Source: Neolecta irregularis DAH-3 (lineage: Eukaryota). Taken from it: a stretch of 54,560 nt of DNA. Both the position numbers and the translations under genes were made by a program. The DNA lies in contig LXFE01002012.1 of assembly GCA_001929475.1 (NCBI GenBank), forward strand, positions 1 to 54,560. The letters are read 5' to 3'. The notes under the pieces were generated by a model. It was not told where the DNA came from, searched no databases, and was given only the letters and a program-made list of their open reading frames with translations. Below, in pieces: positions 24,787-35,897 of the stretch. How positions within the stretch are numbered: position 1 is the first letter of the stretch; every line of letters begins with the position of its first letter.

Positions 24787-25329
24787 CTATTCCAACACTA
24801 CCTTTGCTCCCAACCCAGTCAGCGTCTCTTTCATTTTCTCCGCATCTTCCTTGACGACGCCTTCCTTTAAAATCTTTGGGGCACTCTCCACAAATTTCTT
24901 TGCTTCAACAAGATTTAGCCCCAATAAGTTCTTCACTTCGCGAATAATCTTGGCCTTTACACTAGCATCTACGGCCTCCAGTTTAACGTTAAACATTGTT
25001 TTCTCTTGGGGTTTTTCTGCTTCAGGAGCGGCTTCCACAGGCGCTGAAGCAGGAGCAGCCGCAGCTGGCAGGGCAATATCTTGAATCTTAAGTTTGATCT
25101 TCATTGTTAGATCCGAGATACAGAAAGGAATGCTTTTAGGGCGGATATGAGATTTGTGGTCTCGAGGAGCGTTAATTCCGAGATCTGGTTGACGATTGTT
25201 GTGATTTTTGCCGTAGAATTATACCGAACAGATCTTGATGTAGATCTCGGGAATCTCCTACGTAGTCAAGTTTCATATTCTAAAATGGTAAATATACCTC
25301 ACATGTCTGGATATCGAACGAAGGAGCAT
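24787..25329 (-). CDS. MRPL12: Mitochondrial ribosomal protein bL12m (L7/L12), 2 introns
   Basis: Arg-rich presequence, IVNQISELTLLET, and KAKIIREVKNLLGLNLVEAKKFVESAP. Confidence 0.95.
25099..25133 (-). other. GC-AG intron (35 nt) in bL12m
   Basis: AAA|GCATTC...CTAAC..TGAAG|ATC joins LISALK to IKLKIQD. The only GT alternative gives a 23-nt intron. Confidence 0.75.
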
Positions 25330-25638
25330 TATGTCTATCGAATTTTGTAGACTACTTTTTTGAGTGGAAATTAATCATCAACGATTCAAAAAAGGTCCCT
25401 TAATTTCGAAACACTTTGGGGGATTTTCATTACACATAACACTCTTTATGGTATTTCTATACTTCAGGATTCCTCCTTAATTGAAATGTCCCTATGTGTA
25501 GTTTTGAATTGTATATTTTCCAAGATTATGCTGTTGTGTCAAAACTTGCCTCACCCCGGTCTTCAGATTCTCAGACTATCCCCTATTCATTGATACCAAA
25601 AAGAAGAGAACAATTTTATTGAGATCGGCCAAAAAAAA

Positions 25639-26493
25639 ATGTCGACTACATTATGCATTCTTGGTTGTGGTACAATGGGGAAGGCCATCCTTTCAGGAAT
25701 TCTATCTTCAGATGATTCAACTGTCCCTTCAAACTTTATTGCATGTGTTAAACGGCCTGCTTCGAAGGATAGACTACACTCCCTGTTTCCAAAGCTCAGG
25801 ATCTTTGTAGGCGATAATGTTGCCGGTGTTAACGCTGCAGATATTGTTCTACTCGGGTATTTTTCTGAGGCTATAAGATTGCTCACAACCAGATCTAAGC
25901 CTCAAATATGTAAAGAGATATTGTCCCAAGATGGAATGAGAGAGGCTCTCGAGGGGAAACTCTTGATTTCGATCCTGGCCGGGACAAGGCTTTCGCAATT
26001 ACACGAATTATGCAACCCCTCAACCCATATAATACGCGCGATGCCAAATACGCCCACAAAGATCCGTCAAGGAATGACTGTACTCGTTCCAGATAACACC
26101 GTGACAGACCTTGAACGAGATCTTACAGAATGTATATTCAAAAACATTGGATTAGTAACATTTCTTGAGGAGAAGCATATTGATATTGCTACCGCGTTAT
26201 GTGGTTCTGGACCCGCGTTCATATGTACAATTCTCGAGGCAATGACTGATGGTGGTGTAATGATGGGTCTTCCAAGACCAATTGCACAGGAGCTTGTCGC
26301 ACAGAGTATGCAAGGAACTGCTAGAATGGTTCTTGCTGGTGAACACCCAGCACTGATCCGAGATGATGTCGCGACCCCGGGAGGCTGCACTATTGGTGGG
26401 TTGTTGGCTATGGAGGATGGGAAAATCAGGAGCACGCTTGCTAGAGCAGTGCAACAAGCAGCCATTGTAGCTGAGGAATTGGGCAGAAAGTGA
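25639..26493 (+). CDS. PRO3: Pyrroline-5-carboxylate reductase (one in-frame 36-nt intron)
   Basis: ILGCGTMG, IRAMPNTP, ATALCGSGPAF and VATPGGCTIGGL. Confidence 0.97.
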   Translation: MSTTLCILGCGTMGKAILSGILSSDDSTVPSNFIACVKRPASKDRLHSLFPKLRIFVGDNVAGVNAADIVLLGYFSEAIRLLTTRSKPQICKEILSQDGMREALEGKLLISILAGTRLSQLHELCNPSTHIIRAMPNTPTKIRQGMTVLVPDNTVTDLERDLTECIFKNIGLVTFLEEKHIDIATALCGSGPAFICTILEAMTDGGVMMGLPRPIAQELVAQSMQGTARMVLAGEHPALIRDDVATPGGCTIGGLLAMEDGKIRSTLARAVQQAAIVAEELGRK

Positions 26494-26717
26494 ACAGGAC
26501 ATTTATGGACTTTGTCAATGAATTTTATCAAAAATCAACAAATTTGGTTAGGGTTTAGTGTCAGTGACTTTTTGCAAAAACCTTTGAGTAATATTTCTGT
26601 TGGTTTCTGATGTCCATGTTCAACGAATTTTCCCAGTATCGCCTGTATCTCTATTTTGCATTGCATGTGGTTTGTGAAAATAACAGCCAATCGTACAATG
26701 ACTGCTACTCTACGCTT

Positions 26718-27242
26718 ATGACCATGTCACATCCTACCTTGCCCCTCGAATTTCATGAATTGTCCTCATCTCTACTTCCCCACCTTCGTTCTCTGAATAG
26801 AATCTTATTCCCCGTGAAATTCCCAGAGTCGTACTATAATGCCTGTCTAGCCAATCCAGACAACTGCATACTAGGTATCAATATAAATCAGTCATGCCTT
26901 TAATTAATAGTATGTTATCATGATAGATATATCGGGGTGGTACACTTCACCATGCTGGAAGATGCAGTGTACATCAATACAGTGGGCGTATTAGCTTCAT
27001 ATCGGGAAAGAGGAATTGGAACTCAACTGTTGGGTATTCCTATATCAAGAGCCGGGGATAAGACGATCACGTTACACGTTAAATCGGACGATGAAGATGT
27101 TATTGCATGGTATACTAAACGAGGATTTCGCCAAGTCGAAAGGATTAATAATTATTATCGTCGCTTGGGAAAAGATGCCGTGTTGCTGAAATGGTGCCGA
27201 AACTCAGAACTGGGGAATCGTTGTGATCAACCAACAAATTGA
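26718..27242 (+). CDS. GNAT N-acetyltransferase, Naa50/Nat5-like (1 intron)
   Basis: LNRILFPVKFPESYY, YINTVGVLASYRERGIGTQLL, ITLHVK and WYTKRGF...NYYRRL. Start is 26718 or 26724. Confidence 0.85.
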
Positions 27243-27507
27243 ACGATGTCGGATTTACACAGGCGTTATTCAGGTGATATTTGGAGATCTCCGAATAAGA
27301 GCAAACTTGACATCGTTGTTCGACACTGTCTACCAATAACTGAGGAATAGCAATTGGTAGCCCTGGTTAATTGAACATGTGCCTTTTAAGGCTGTCTTGT
27401 TTGAACTTCAAGATACGGCTAATAGCGTGTCTAAATACCATAAGGTCAATACCCAATCCGGTTTCTGAAGCATATAATACCATAAACCATTGGCCGAACA
27501 TCAATCT

Positions 27508-27590
27508 GCCGACGTAGTTCAGAGGTAGAATTCTTGCTTTGGGTTTTCTAAGTTTGCAAGAGGTCTTGGGTTCAATTCCCAACGTCGGCC
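27508..27590 (+). tRNA. tRNA-Pro(UGG) with an 11-nt intron
   Basis: Acceptor stem GCCGACG/CGTCGGC, anticodon stem CTTGC/GCAAG with TT-TGG-G then intron, T-loop TTCAATT, and a T6 Pol III terminator. Confidence 0.93.
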
Positions 27591-27968
27591 TTTTTTAAGA
27601 AAATTTCTATCTATTTTATCAAATAGATATCTATCTTTCTTGTACAACCGGGTGTTAATTTCATTGACATTATCCATACTGGTATAGAAATCAAGATGTT
27701 TCTATTTCGGATCACCGAGCATTTGAAGTATTTTAACGGTGATATATTGCATAGAAATATATGCTAATTTCAAACACAAACACTTGAAGAAACAAAGAAA
27801 AAAGAAAAGAAAAGATGCCGTGCAGAGAAAAATTCCTCCTTCAGGAAACCATATTGTTGAGAAAAAAAAAGAAAAAGAAAACCTCTTATTTCGCTAACCA
27901 GAGAAGCATTCAAGAGACAGAAGCTCTATATCGACGCTGTATGTGGAATAGAAAAATGAAGAAACCGA

Positions 27969-30615
27969 TCAATTGATGTCATTGGCGCTAGCTATTAAAG
28001 CAGCGATAGTTCCGATTCCGCCTACGAGAACACCCGCGACTCCTGTCCATATATATACGCCGACGTTTCGTTTCTTCATCGGTGGTTCAGTGAAAAGCAT
28101 CTCTTCAGTAGTGGTTGACACGTCTATGGTATCTGCTTCAAAACCTAGTTCTTCAGGTTCCCGCTTTCGTTTTCTTGAATCGATATCTGCTATTTGTTTT
28201 GGATTTTCTTGAACCTTTAGAATTCGAGGAACGTGAATGAGCTCGTTTTCATTTTCTTTTATGATATTCGGAGATATCAAGGTTTTATAGTGCTGAATGT
28301 ATGCGGTAGCTTTGCTAACGATGCTTCCATTGGTCCAAGTAGAGAAATATGTGAGGAGAGGAATCACTCGTTTCTGCAAGATTAAAATAAATTCAAAAGG
28401 AATGGGTATACTTGATGGATCGATTGGAATGCAATTCCTTCCCACGAGCACAACTGATTTAAAGATTTCTCTACAAGTGCATCATTCTAACATCAGTTAC
28501 ACTATCAAAAATGGCAATGCCTTTAAATATTGTCCAACTGACAATTCAAAGACAATTTCAGGGAGTCGAATATTCTCCCCGAAACTAATTTCGTCCCGTC
28601 GACCCAACATATTCTCTAATTTTAACTCTAGAGATTTCAAATCAGAGAACAAGAGATCCCAATGCTTTTGCAAGAACATTTCCAAGGAAACATCTCGGTC
28701 AGAGCGAATATATATATCTCGCGTTTCCCAGTAAGTAATAGCTTTCGAGATCAGACGGTCATGGCTGAGACAGTCTGAATGTTGATCATTCAGCAACGAG
28801 GCTAAATCAACGAGAACCTGCCAAGACATGCGTTCTCCATCTATTATAGAGGTGGATGGCGACAATTGAACATGTCGTGGTCTACTCATGGTATGCATCA
28901 TACCCATTCGTTGTAAACTTGGAGAGGGCGACGTTTCAGTACTCTTGGCAATGATACCGCCTTTCGAAATAGGTGATTGCTTGTCTGAACGTTGAACGTT
29001 GGGCATACTTGTTCTTCCTAGATGAACCCCGGCTCTTGATTTCCAGCCGATACTAGACGTCCGAGGCAGACTCGCAAATTTAAAGTCCAGTGGCATTGGT
29101 TCAAACGGGAGCATTGCGGAATTTGTTACTGTGTAGTTTTTCGATTGGGCTTCAATGGAACTTTGGTAGTGTGAAGATAAGCTTGAGGGCGACGAGCTCT
29201 GACGATCGGAATCTTGAAAGCTTGGTATATTTACGATCTTTTCAACTGCCGGTGTTTGACAAGATTGAGCGATTGTCTTTCCAGATGAAGAACCAGCATC
29301 GAAATGCGAATCCGGTTCAGCGAGTGCTTCATCGAAAGAGAGAAGTGCCTGAACAGACGGCATTGAATTTACCTCTTGAATACCTTGGTCCCTTATTGCG
29401 GTGACTATCCGGCGCTCCCTTGTTGCGTTGGCTATTCGAAACACTCTACTTCGCATAGGGTGTGGCGATGCAGATGCCTGGGACGAATGTAATGTCTCAT
29501 CCAGAGAGAGAAGTGCCTGAGTAGATGGCATTGAATTTGCCTCTTGAATATCTTGGTCCTTGATTGCGTTGGCCATCCGGCGCTCCCTCCTTGCATCGGC
29601 TATCCGGAACTCTCTACTTTGCGTAGGATGTGGCGATGCAGATGCCTGGGAGGTATGTGGTGTTTCATCCAAAGGGAGAAGCGCCTGAGTAGACGGCATT
29701 GAATTTGCCGCTCGAATATATTGGTCCCCGATTGCGTTGACTATCCGGCATACTCTACTTTGCGTAGAGTCTGGTGGTGCAGATACTGGGGACGTATGTG
29801 GTGTAGTGGTGCCCTCTATTTCCTTTTCTTTATCTTGTTGATTCAACTCTTCATATTCTGATTCTGTAGAGTCTCCGTCACTCACGTCTCCAGATGTTTT
29901 CTCATCGGACCTCAAAGGGGCATGGCTTGGAGAGTGGTTATCGGATGCAGAGTCTGCGCATTTGTTGAGAATTTCTAAAGAATCCCCATTGGTTGTATCA
30001 ATGTCGGGAACCTTTGACAAGGAAACTAGACAATCCGAACCTTGATGTTTTTCATCACAGGCTGGAGCATCATCGAATAGGCCGTACGAATTGGGTTTAT
30101 ATCTAACGCTCAGAAGCCATCTATCAGATAAAGTTACGGATAATATTCCAGAGACGATATTTGAACGACGTGACTTCGAGCAAGCCCTATGATGTCATAC
30201 TATCACCTTATCGCCAGAGCCGTCATACCATGGTCGCGATGGCGGATGTCTGAACCAAAGATTATGCTATCTCCAAGATGAAGAGCTGTTGGTCCCTTTA
30301 TAGCATGTCCATTTACGAATGTACCATGGGAACTGTTCATATCTCTGATGTAAACCTATCGAATGCGTTAGCTGTTTCTGGAGAAGGAGGTACTTGATTA
30401 TCCGTTTCGTCCATGAAGAAGGAAGCGTGAAATCTGGAGACTACAGCTGCTTCGTAAACAGCATTATCTTTATGGGGTAGTATATTTCTCGTGATATTTG
30501 AAGAAGCTCGCCCGACTTGAACTGGATGACCGATAGAAACGACTAGAGTCCGAAGAGGATATATATCTACGGAAACACTAGTCAGAGAGATTTTGGCTTT
30601 TCTGGATGTCGCCAT
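27969..30615 (-). CDS. FHA-domain, tail-anchored protein (Vps64/Far10/SLMAP-like architecture), ~5 introns
   Basis: FHA motifs VQVGRASS, VVSRFHA, IRDMNSSHGTFVNG and LHLGDSIIFG. Long Ser-rich middle with tandem repeats. C-terminal TM VYIWTGVAGVLVGGIGTIAALIAS. Confidence 0.82.
28487..28520 (-). other. Probable GC-AG intron (34 nt) in the FHA gene
   Basis: AAG|GCATTG...ACTGAT GTTAG|AAT bypasses the stop at 28497 and, with the next 38-nt GT-AG intron, restores frame to the TM exon. Confidence 0.55.
29330..29790 (-). repeat. Coding tandem repeat, 168-bp (56-aa) unit, ~2.7 copies
   Basis: GGCATTGAATTT recurs at 29359, 29527 and 29695. The protein repeats NSMPS.QALL..DE. Confidence 0.92.
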
Positions 30616-30905
30616 TTGGTATATCCAGGTGAAGAAATATGGGTTGAAAATAGGAAATGGCAACTGTGGAGAACCTGAAGGTATCTCTTATCCAGCCTTA
30701 TCCGGTTTTTGGGTCACCCTAATTTCAAAAGATGATAGTTTGTACAAAAGGAATGGATTTTTCAATTATAAGGCAGAATTGGAATATTCTATGAATAGAA
30801 AATTAGACGACCAACAGCTCTTCATCTTGGAGATAGCATAATCTTTTGTTCAGACATCCGCCATCGCGACCATGGTATGACGGCTCTGGCGATAAGGTGA
30901 TAGTA
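30198..30905. repeat. 97-bp inverted repeat pair (30198-30294 and 30809-30905), 96/97 identical
   Basis: GACCAACAGCTCTTCATC...GGTGATAGTA at 30809 is the reverse complement of 30198-30294 with one mismatch. Confidence 0.95.
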
Positions 30906-30964
30906 CGGATATCCTACGCACATTGACTAGGACGTAATTGGTGTCCCGGTATTATGAATACTAT

Positions 30965-31282
30965 TTACATACCATATCCTGTAACTGCCATAATCCTGTA
31001 ATTTCCATCATTAGACGACTTAATGACTCGGCCATCATCAGACAACTTTAAGGACTCGAGGCCCGAAATTACATCGGCTAGAGATTCCCTATTCTTTCCC
31101 ACAATACTAATGATTGGAGTGTCCAACCAGTTTGTAACATCATTGTCTGTATGCGTCATGACAAAGGAGATATTATTTACAAAGATATCTGCGCATTGCT
31201 CCAGTTCTCGGAGATGTAGGTCGAATGTATGTGAGCACTTTGTATTGGCTGTGCGAGCTTCTATTTGACTGGAACGGAACAA
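30965..31282 (-). CDS. Orphan ORF, 5' end unresolved
   Basis: 105-aa open frame that extends further upstream, possibly spliced to an ATG near 31359. No recognisable family. Confidence 0.35.
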   Translation of the reverse strand: MFRSSQIEARTANTKCSHTFDLHLRELEQCADIFVNNISFVMTHTDNDVTNWLDTPIISIVGKNRESLADVISGLESLKLSDDGRVIKSSNDGNYRIMAVTGYGM

Positions 31283-31426
31283 GCATTTTGGGTCTGTGAA
31301 TATGGCGAGGACTGTGTCACTCTGTGGAGGCCGTAAATACGCGATCGCCCTCCACCCATCGTAGCCTAGTCTTTGTCTGTCTTTTTAATTTATTTCGCAA
31401 TGACCAGCACACCCACACCGATATAA

Positions 31427-32036
31427 ATGGCCGCCGACTTCTCTGCACTGCCCCCCGCCCTCCTCATAAAGGTCCTCGCCCTTTATCTCTCCGCCCGCAT
31501 CTGCCACGACCTTCCGATCCCGCAGAAGCCGAAACAGCTGCTATCCGCGCTCGACCAGAAAGCCCTCATCGAGCGTCGCTTCTGGGCAAAAGCAAAGCCG
31601 GACGTGTCGCTGGAGGAATATATCGCAAGGTGCCCCTTTCCCTAAAGCTGTATTGAACCAAGGCTATACAAACACACCCAGCTCTCCGTCTCCATCCTTC
31701 TTTCGTCTGCAGTCTATCTCTCAAAACTTCCAGTCCCATTGACAGAGTGGAACATACACAGATATACACTTGCAGCCCTACGTATAGCAAGCAAAATCCT
31801 CGAGGATCGCGTGTCCGGCCACAAACTCTTCGCCTTTGTCGGGGGAGTTCGCGAAGTCGAACTATTCTGGCTAGAAATAGGCACACCCTTCTAAATTATT
31901 TGTTCTAAATGCAGGTTTTTTGTTTTTGCTCGATTTTGAGGTGAGACTCGAAGCTGACATGTTGAAAAAACAATTCGATCTAGCTACAAGTTTTGCTGAT
32001 CTCGATTTGGTCTCAGAGACTTGCGACTCGGAATGA
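31427..32036 (+). CDS. Pho85-type cyclin (Pcl8/Pcl10/Pho80-like), 2 introns
   Basis: RRFWAKAKPDVSLEEYIARLYKH, NIHRYTLAALRIASKILED and FAFVGGVREVELFWLEIGFLFLLDFEV. Introns at 31630-31662 and 31881-31914. Confidence 0.9.
31881..31914 (+). other. GC-AG intron (34 nt) in the Pcl cyclin
   Basis: ATAG|GCACAC...CTAAATGCAG|GT is required to produce the conserved LEIGFLFLLDF. Confidence 0.85.
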
Positions 32037-32557
32037 GTTCTAGAACTGTTGATATTTGGGAGTCTGGGGGTCCTTTGTTAATTCTGTTCATATACAATCC
32101 AAACACCTGCGGAAATATCCATGAAACGACATCGCTCTGGACTTGTTAACAAATCCAACTGTTGGAAATCCGGGATTCCTAAAGACAGCTTGCAATGACA
32201 CTTTAAAATGACACCGGAAATCTCCGAATAAAGTATTCCTTTGCTTTGGTTCCAAAGAATAATAAACAACCTCGTTTTCGTACCGGAGTTACACTGAAAC
32301 ACTCTGCCTCGGAAACCAACTTACTCGAATTTCAAGAATCAAATCTCGGTCTCAGTTCGCTACGGCTAATTGCTGTGCGCGGAATTCCTTGGGGATATAC
32401 TTGGACACCGGTGGTACAGATTTCCAGTCACTACAACTCGTCAACTCGTTCCAAATATTCTCTGTGGATTGTTTTCTTGAAAAGATGCAGTATAAAGAGA
32501 CCCCCCTGCTTCTATTCTTTCTCACCCTGACTCAATACCTTCTACCCGTTAACCGCT

Positions 32558-33146
32558 ATGTATGCTCCATTGTTGCTCGTTCTGCCTCTGGCTTCCGCCC
32601 AGATTTATTCGCCATGGACTACTGTCGTCGGTGCAACTGTACCCTTGCTTTTCTTCTTTTCTCCAACTGACATAATAGGTCACCTTGGGTCTTGAACCTC
32701 AGCCAACTGGAGATCCAATCCCAATTGTCATTCACCCAACTGAGATTTCCGGAAGTACTGTTTTCGTTGCAATCGGTCAATCTACCGTTGAATTTCCCAC
32801 TGAGACGTCCAATCCCACTCAAGTTTCGGAATCTCTAGTACCTCTTCCTTCGGGCACAGTATCCTCCTCCGGTTCCATCCAGTCTCGTGTCACCGGCCTC
32901 GTTAATCCATTCTCGCCCACAACGCTTTTAACACTGACAACCCCAATCTATGAAAACTTTACCGCATTCAAAAATGATTCAGTTGCTTCAAGTACCACTA
33001 CCCCATCTGCAGTAGAATCAATTTCTTCATCATCAACTCCTACCTCCACCCTTCAATTCCCGCTTAAAAATACCGCAGTGACAGCTCATACACTCTCTGC
33101 TGGACTTATCGTCGGATTAATCTTGTTCGTAGCTACATTGCTCTGA
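32558..33146 (+). CDS. Ser/Thr-rich, probably GPI-anchored cell-surface protein (1 intron)
   Basis: Signal MYAPLLLVLPLASA, S/T-rich body, and hydrophobic C-terminal tail. Confidence 0.75.
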
Positions 33147-33406
33147 TTTCATCCAGGCCGAGATTTGCGCAAGTCATGGTTGAAGAAGGGTTATGTAATG
33201 AACATTTGTTTATATACTTTGTGAGGATTCAAATGAGCAAATGTGTGGAGCAGTTTTTCAAAAGGTTTTAATAGAATTAAAGAAATGCTTGTTTATCGTG
33301 TTTTATACAGTCATTCGGGGACGTAATTGACGGATATCCGAGGGGCGGAAATACCTTTTGTAGAAACTCTAGTTCTTTTGAATTCTTTCTAGATATATAT
33401 TCCTCC

Positions 33407-34196
33407 ATGAAAATATTCGTCTTCCGAATCCTGTTCGTCTCTTTCGTGATTGCGGATTATAAAGTCACTGCGCCATGGCCCGGGAAAACTATACCACTTG
33501 AATCAACGGTTACTTTACATTGGAAAGACGACGGTTTGGCTCCATTGTTTCCTGATATCATTTCTTCTTCCCTCGCTTTGTATTCTGGTGATGAATCTAA
33601 TCCAGTAATATGTTGCTCTATAAAGATTTAATGGATAGATTGAATTATTGAGATTGAGTTCAATTGATCCGTTTAAAATGACTATATCGTTTGATTTACC
33701 CGCAGAAATAAAAGGAGGGAGTGGATTGTATAATGCCCTGTCTTTACTATTCTAACGGTATAGTTTCTTTGGGTTTACGTCAGTGACATTGACAGATACA
33801 AGCGTCACGTACACTCATCAGTTCATACTTGAACATTCGAATAAGGTTTTTAATCCGGAAACCAATAAATTTCAATCGTGGGCCTTGAAGTCTGCTTTGT
33901 CGCCATGGAAACGAGCAGTGGTTGGTCCACCTGCAAGAACCACAATGCAAAGTATTCCCCCTGATAAAATCGCCACAGCACCTACACCGAGTACTCCTGG
34001 GTCGACAATTACTGCAAAACAAGGCGGTCAAGAGCCATTGTTTCCCACGAGTAGTGTCACCAGTATTTATATTTCCTATGGTGCAGCTCCAAAGTTCCTT
34101 ACGACTTTCACCCCGAGTGTAGCCTATAGATATGGGAGTCTCCCGAATGACGCTGCTCCACAGGATATGCCCACGGGCGGGAGAAACGAGCTTTAA
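33407..34196 (+). CDS. KRE9: Kre9/Knh1-family beta-1,6-glucan protein (2 introns)
   Basis: Signal peptide, ADYKVTAP...WKDDGLAP...LALYSG, and C-terminal MQSIPPDKIAT...FPTSSV...TTFTPS...NDAAPQDMP. Confidence 0.72.
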
Positions 34197-34425
34197 GATT
34201 TTCATTGTAAAAAGTCTCCATTTGAAAAAACCAACTCGGAATGTACATAGATGAACAGAGTTGCTAGTATCGACATACTTTGTCTTCAAAGTTCTAATTC
34301 CTCATGATCGAATAAGCTTGAAAGATCTCTTGTGATAACTCCGAATTGACGATGCCACAGGGACATAAATAAAGAAAGGATCCGTGAAATATATCCAAAA
34401 ACTGTAAAACCTGATCATCGAGAGC

Positions 34426-35059
34426 TCAGAGACGGGTTTCCACCCAGTCAATCCATTCCTTCGTATCTCCGTTTGATACGCTTCCCTTGATCACGGTCCA
34501 CTCGCCCAATTCTACATCTTCTTGTTCCTTCTCACGTTCTGCCAGCTCATTAATCTCAGCCTGCAGTATTGATTCGATTTTCTCGACTGGTAGGGCAGTA
34601 AATAATTCGCTCTTATTCGCTGCCACTAGGATGCTTCGATATCTCTTCAAAGTTTGGTATAAATAATCAGATACGACTGAGATGCTTTTGGAAAAATTGG
34701 AAGAGTCCAAAAAGAATAATACTGGCGTAGTGGGTACGGTATAAGTGTCCAACTCACTTATGAGCTTTGGATGGCCGGGTATATCGATAACCTCGACCTC
34801 CCTATTTGATGATAACTTAATCAGTCCAATGTTTGGTTTCTGAGACGTTTGAGTCGGGTAGATCTTGTTGTATTGCAACTGATCCGATCAGTTCTACTGT
34901 TTCGGACGTAATTACTTGAGTAAAGAAGGCTGTCTTTCCAGAATTCGAAGGGCCTACGAGAAGGAACCTGGACTTTTTTGCGGGCCGGAGGGAATAAAAG
35001 AGGAGGAATGCAATGAATATGGCAGAGAAAAGTAGTAGAACATCTAGCACGCGAGGCAT
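34426..35059 (-). CDS. SRP102: Signal recognition particle receptor beta subunit (1 intron)
   Basis: N-terminal TM, P-loop GPSNSGKT, DIPGHPKL and LVAANKSELFTA. Confidence 0.9.
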
Positions 35060-35434
35060 TGTAGAGGTTTCAAGTCAAATCAGACCGCCTTGCCGCGGCT
35101 ACATAGAAGAATACACAATGTATATAAACAAGATTATTAGAGTTGCAGATTGAAATGCTCAACAAAAGATTGTCAAGAAAAGACGATATCAGGGCAAATG
35201 CTGTAATAAACATTGAGTTTTAACTTATCGCCCCCGAATGACAACCAGCGTGTATCCAGGAAACCTCAGGTATCTGATCCAGAAGGGTACCCCTGCGCTC
35301 TCTTTTGATAGGGGGTCGCGCGATAATACAGCTCTACTGTTAGAATTGTTACTGTCCATGAAATAAGTTGAAACACATCATCCGCATCATGGAATCATCC
35401 ATCTAGTGCTCTTTCGAATCCCGGTGGAGCAGCT

Positions 35435-35740
35435 ATGACCAATATACAAATGCGAGATATTGATGATGCTTGTAGAGAACGTTCTTTTTCTCCAAATCCT
35501 TGTCAAAAAGTCATGCTTGCATTTATTTATGAGCGAGTTTATGAAACGGTCTTAAGAGCTCGCATGAAATATTTCTTTGCTCACTTGGATGAAGATTTGA
35601 AACTTGCATATGAAACATCCTATATTCCTGCCAAGGTCATCATCTCCTTGTATATTTCTGTCGTTTCTGTTTCACGATTGATTTTGAATTATTAGACATT
35701 CATGTATCAAGTGACAATTCTGGATTTTGAAGGTAGCTGA
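35435..35740 (+). CDS. Possible small orphan gene with one intron
   Basis: ATG 35435 ORF, then AAG|GTCATC...TTAG|ACA giving TFMYQVTILDFEGS*. No known motif. Confidence 0.3.
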
Positions 35741-35897
35741 CAGAGCTGTATATTCACCAATATCGCCATGTTTGGATATTTTATAAAGCTCTAATTTATA
35801 GAAGATTACATGTGGGCAAACCTTATTATGAATACTCTACAAAGAAAACGGGATATATGCACATTCCTTTTGCCATACGTTCCCACGCTTCCAGTTT

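Noticed and set aside
26067-26531. Long antisense ORFs opposite PRO3, DED81, map3 and others
   Set aside because: These are shadows of conserved coding strands.
26546-26558. Telomere-like GGTTAGGGTTTAG
   Set aside because: Only about two degenerate units, consistent with chance.
31427-31645. 72-aa ORF resembling an F-box start
   Set aside because: It is exon 1 of the Pcl-type cyclin.
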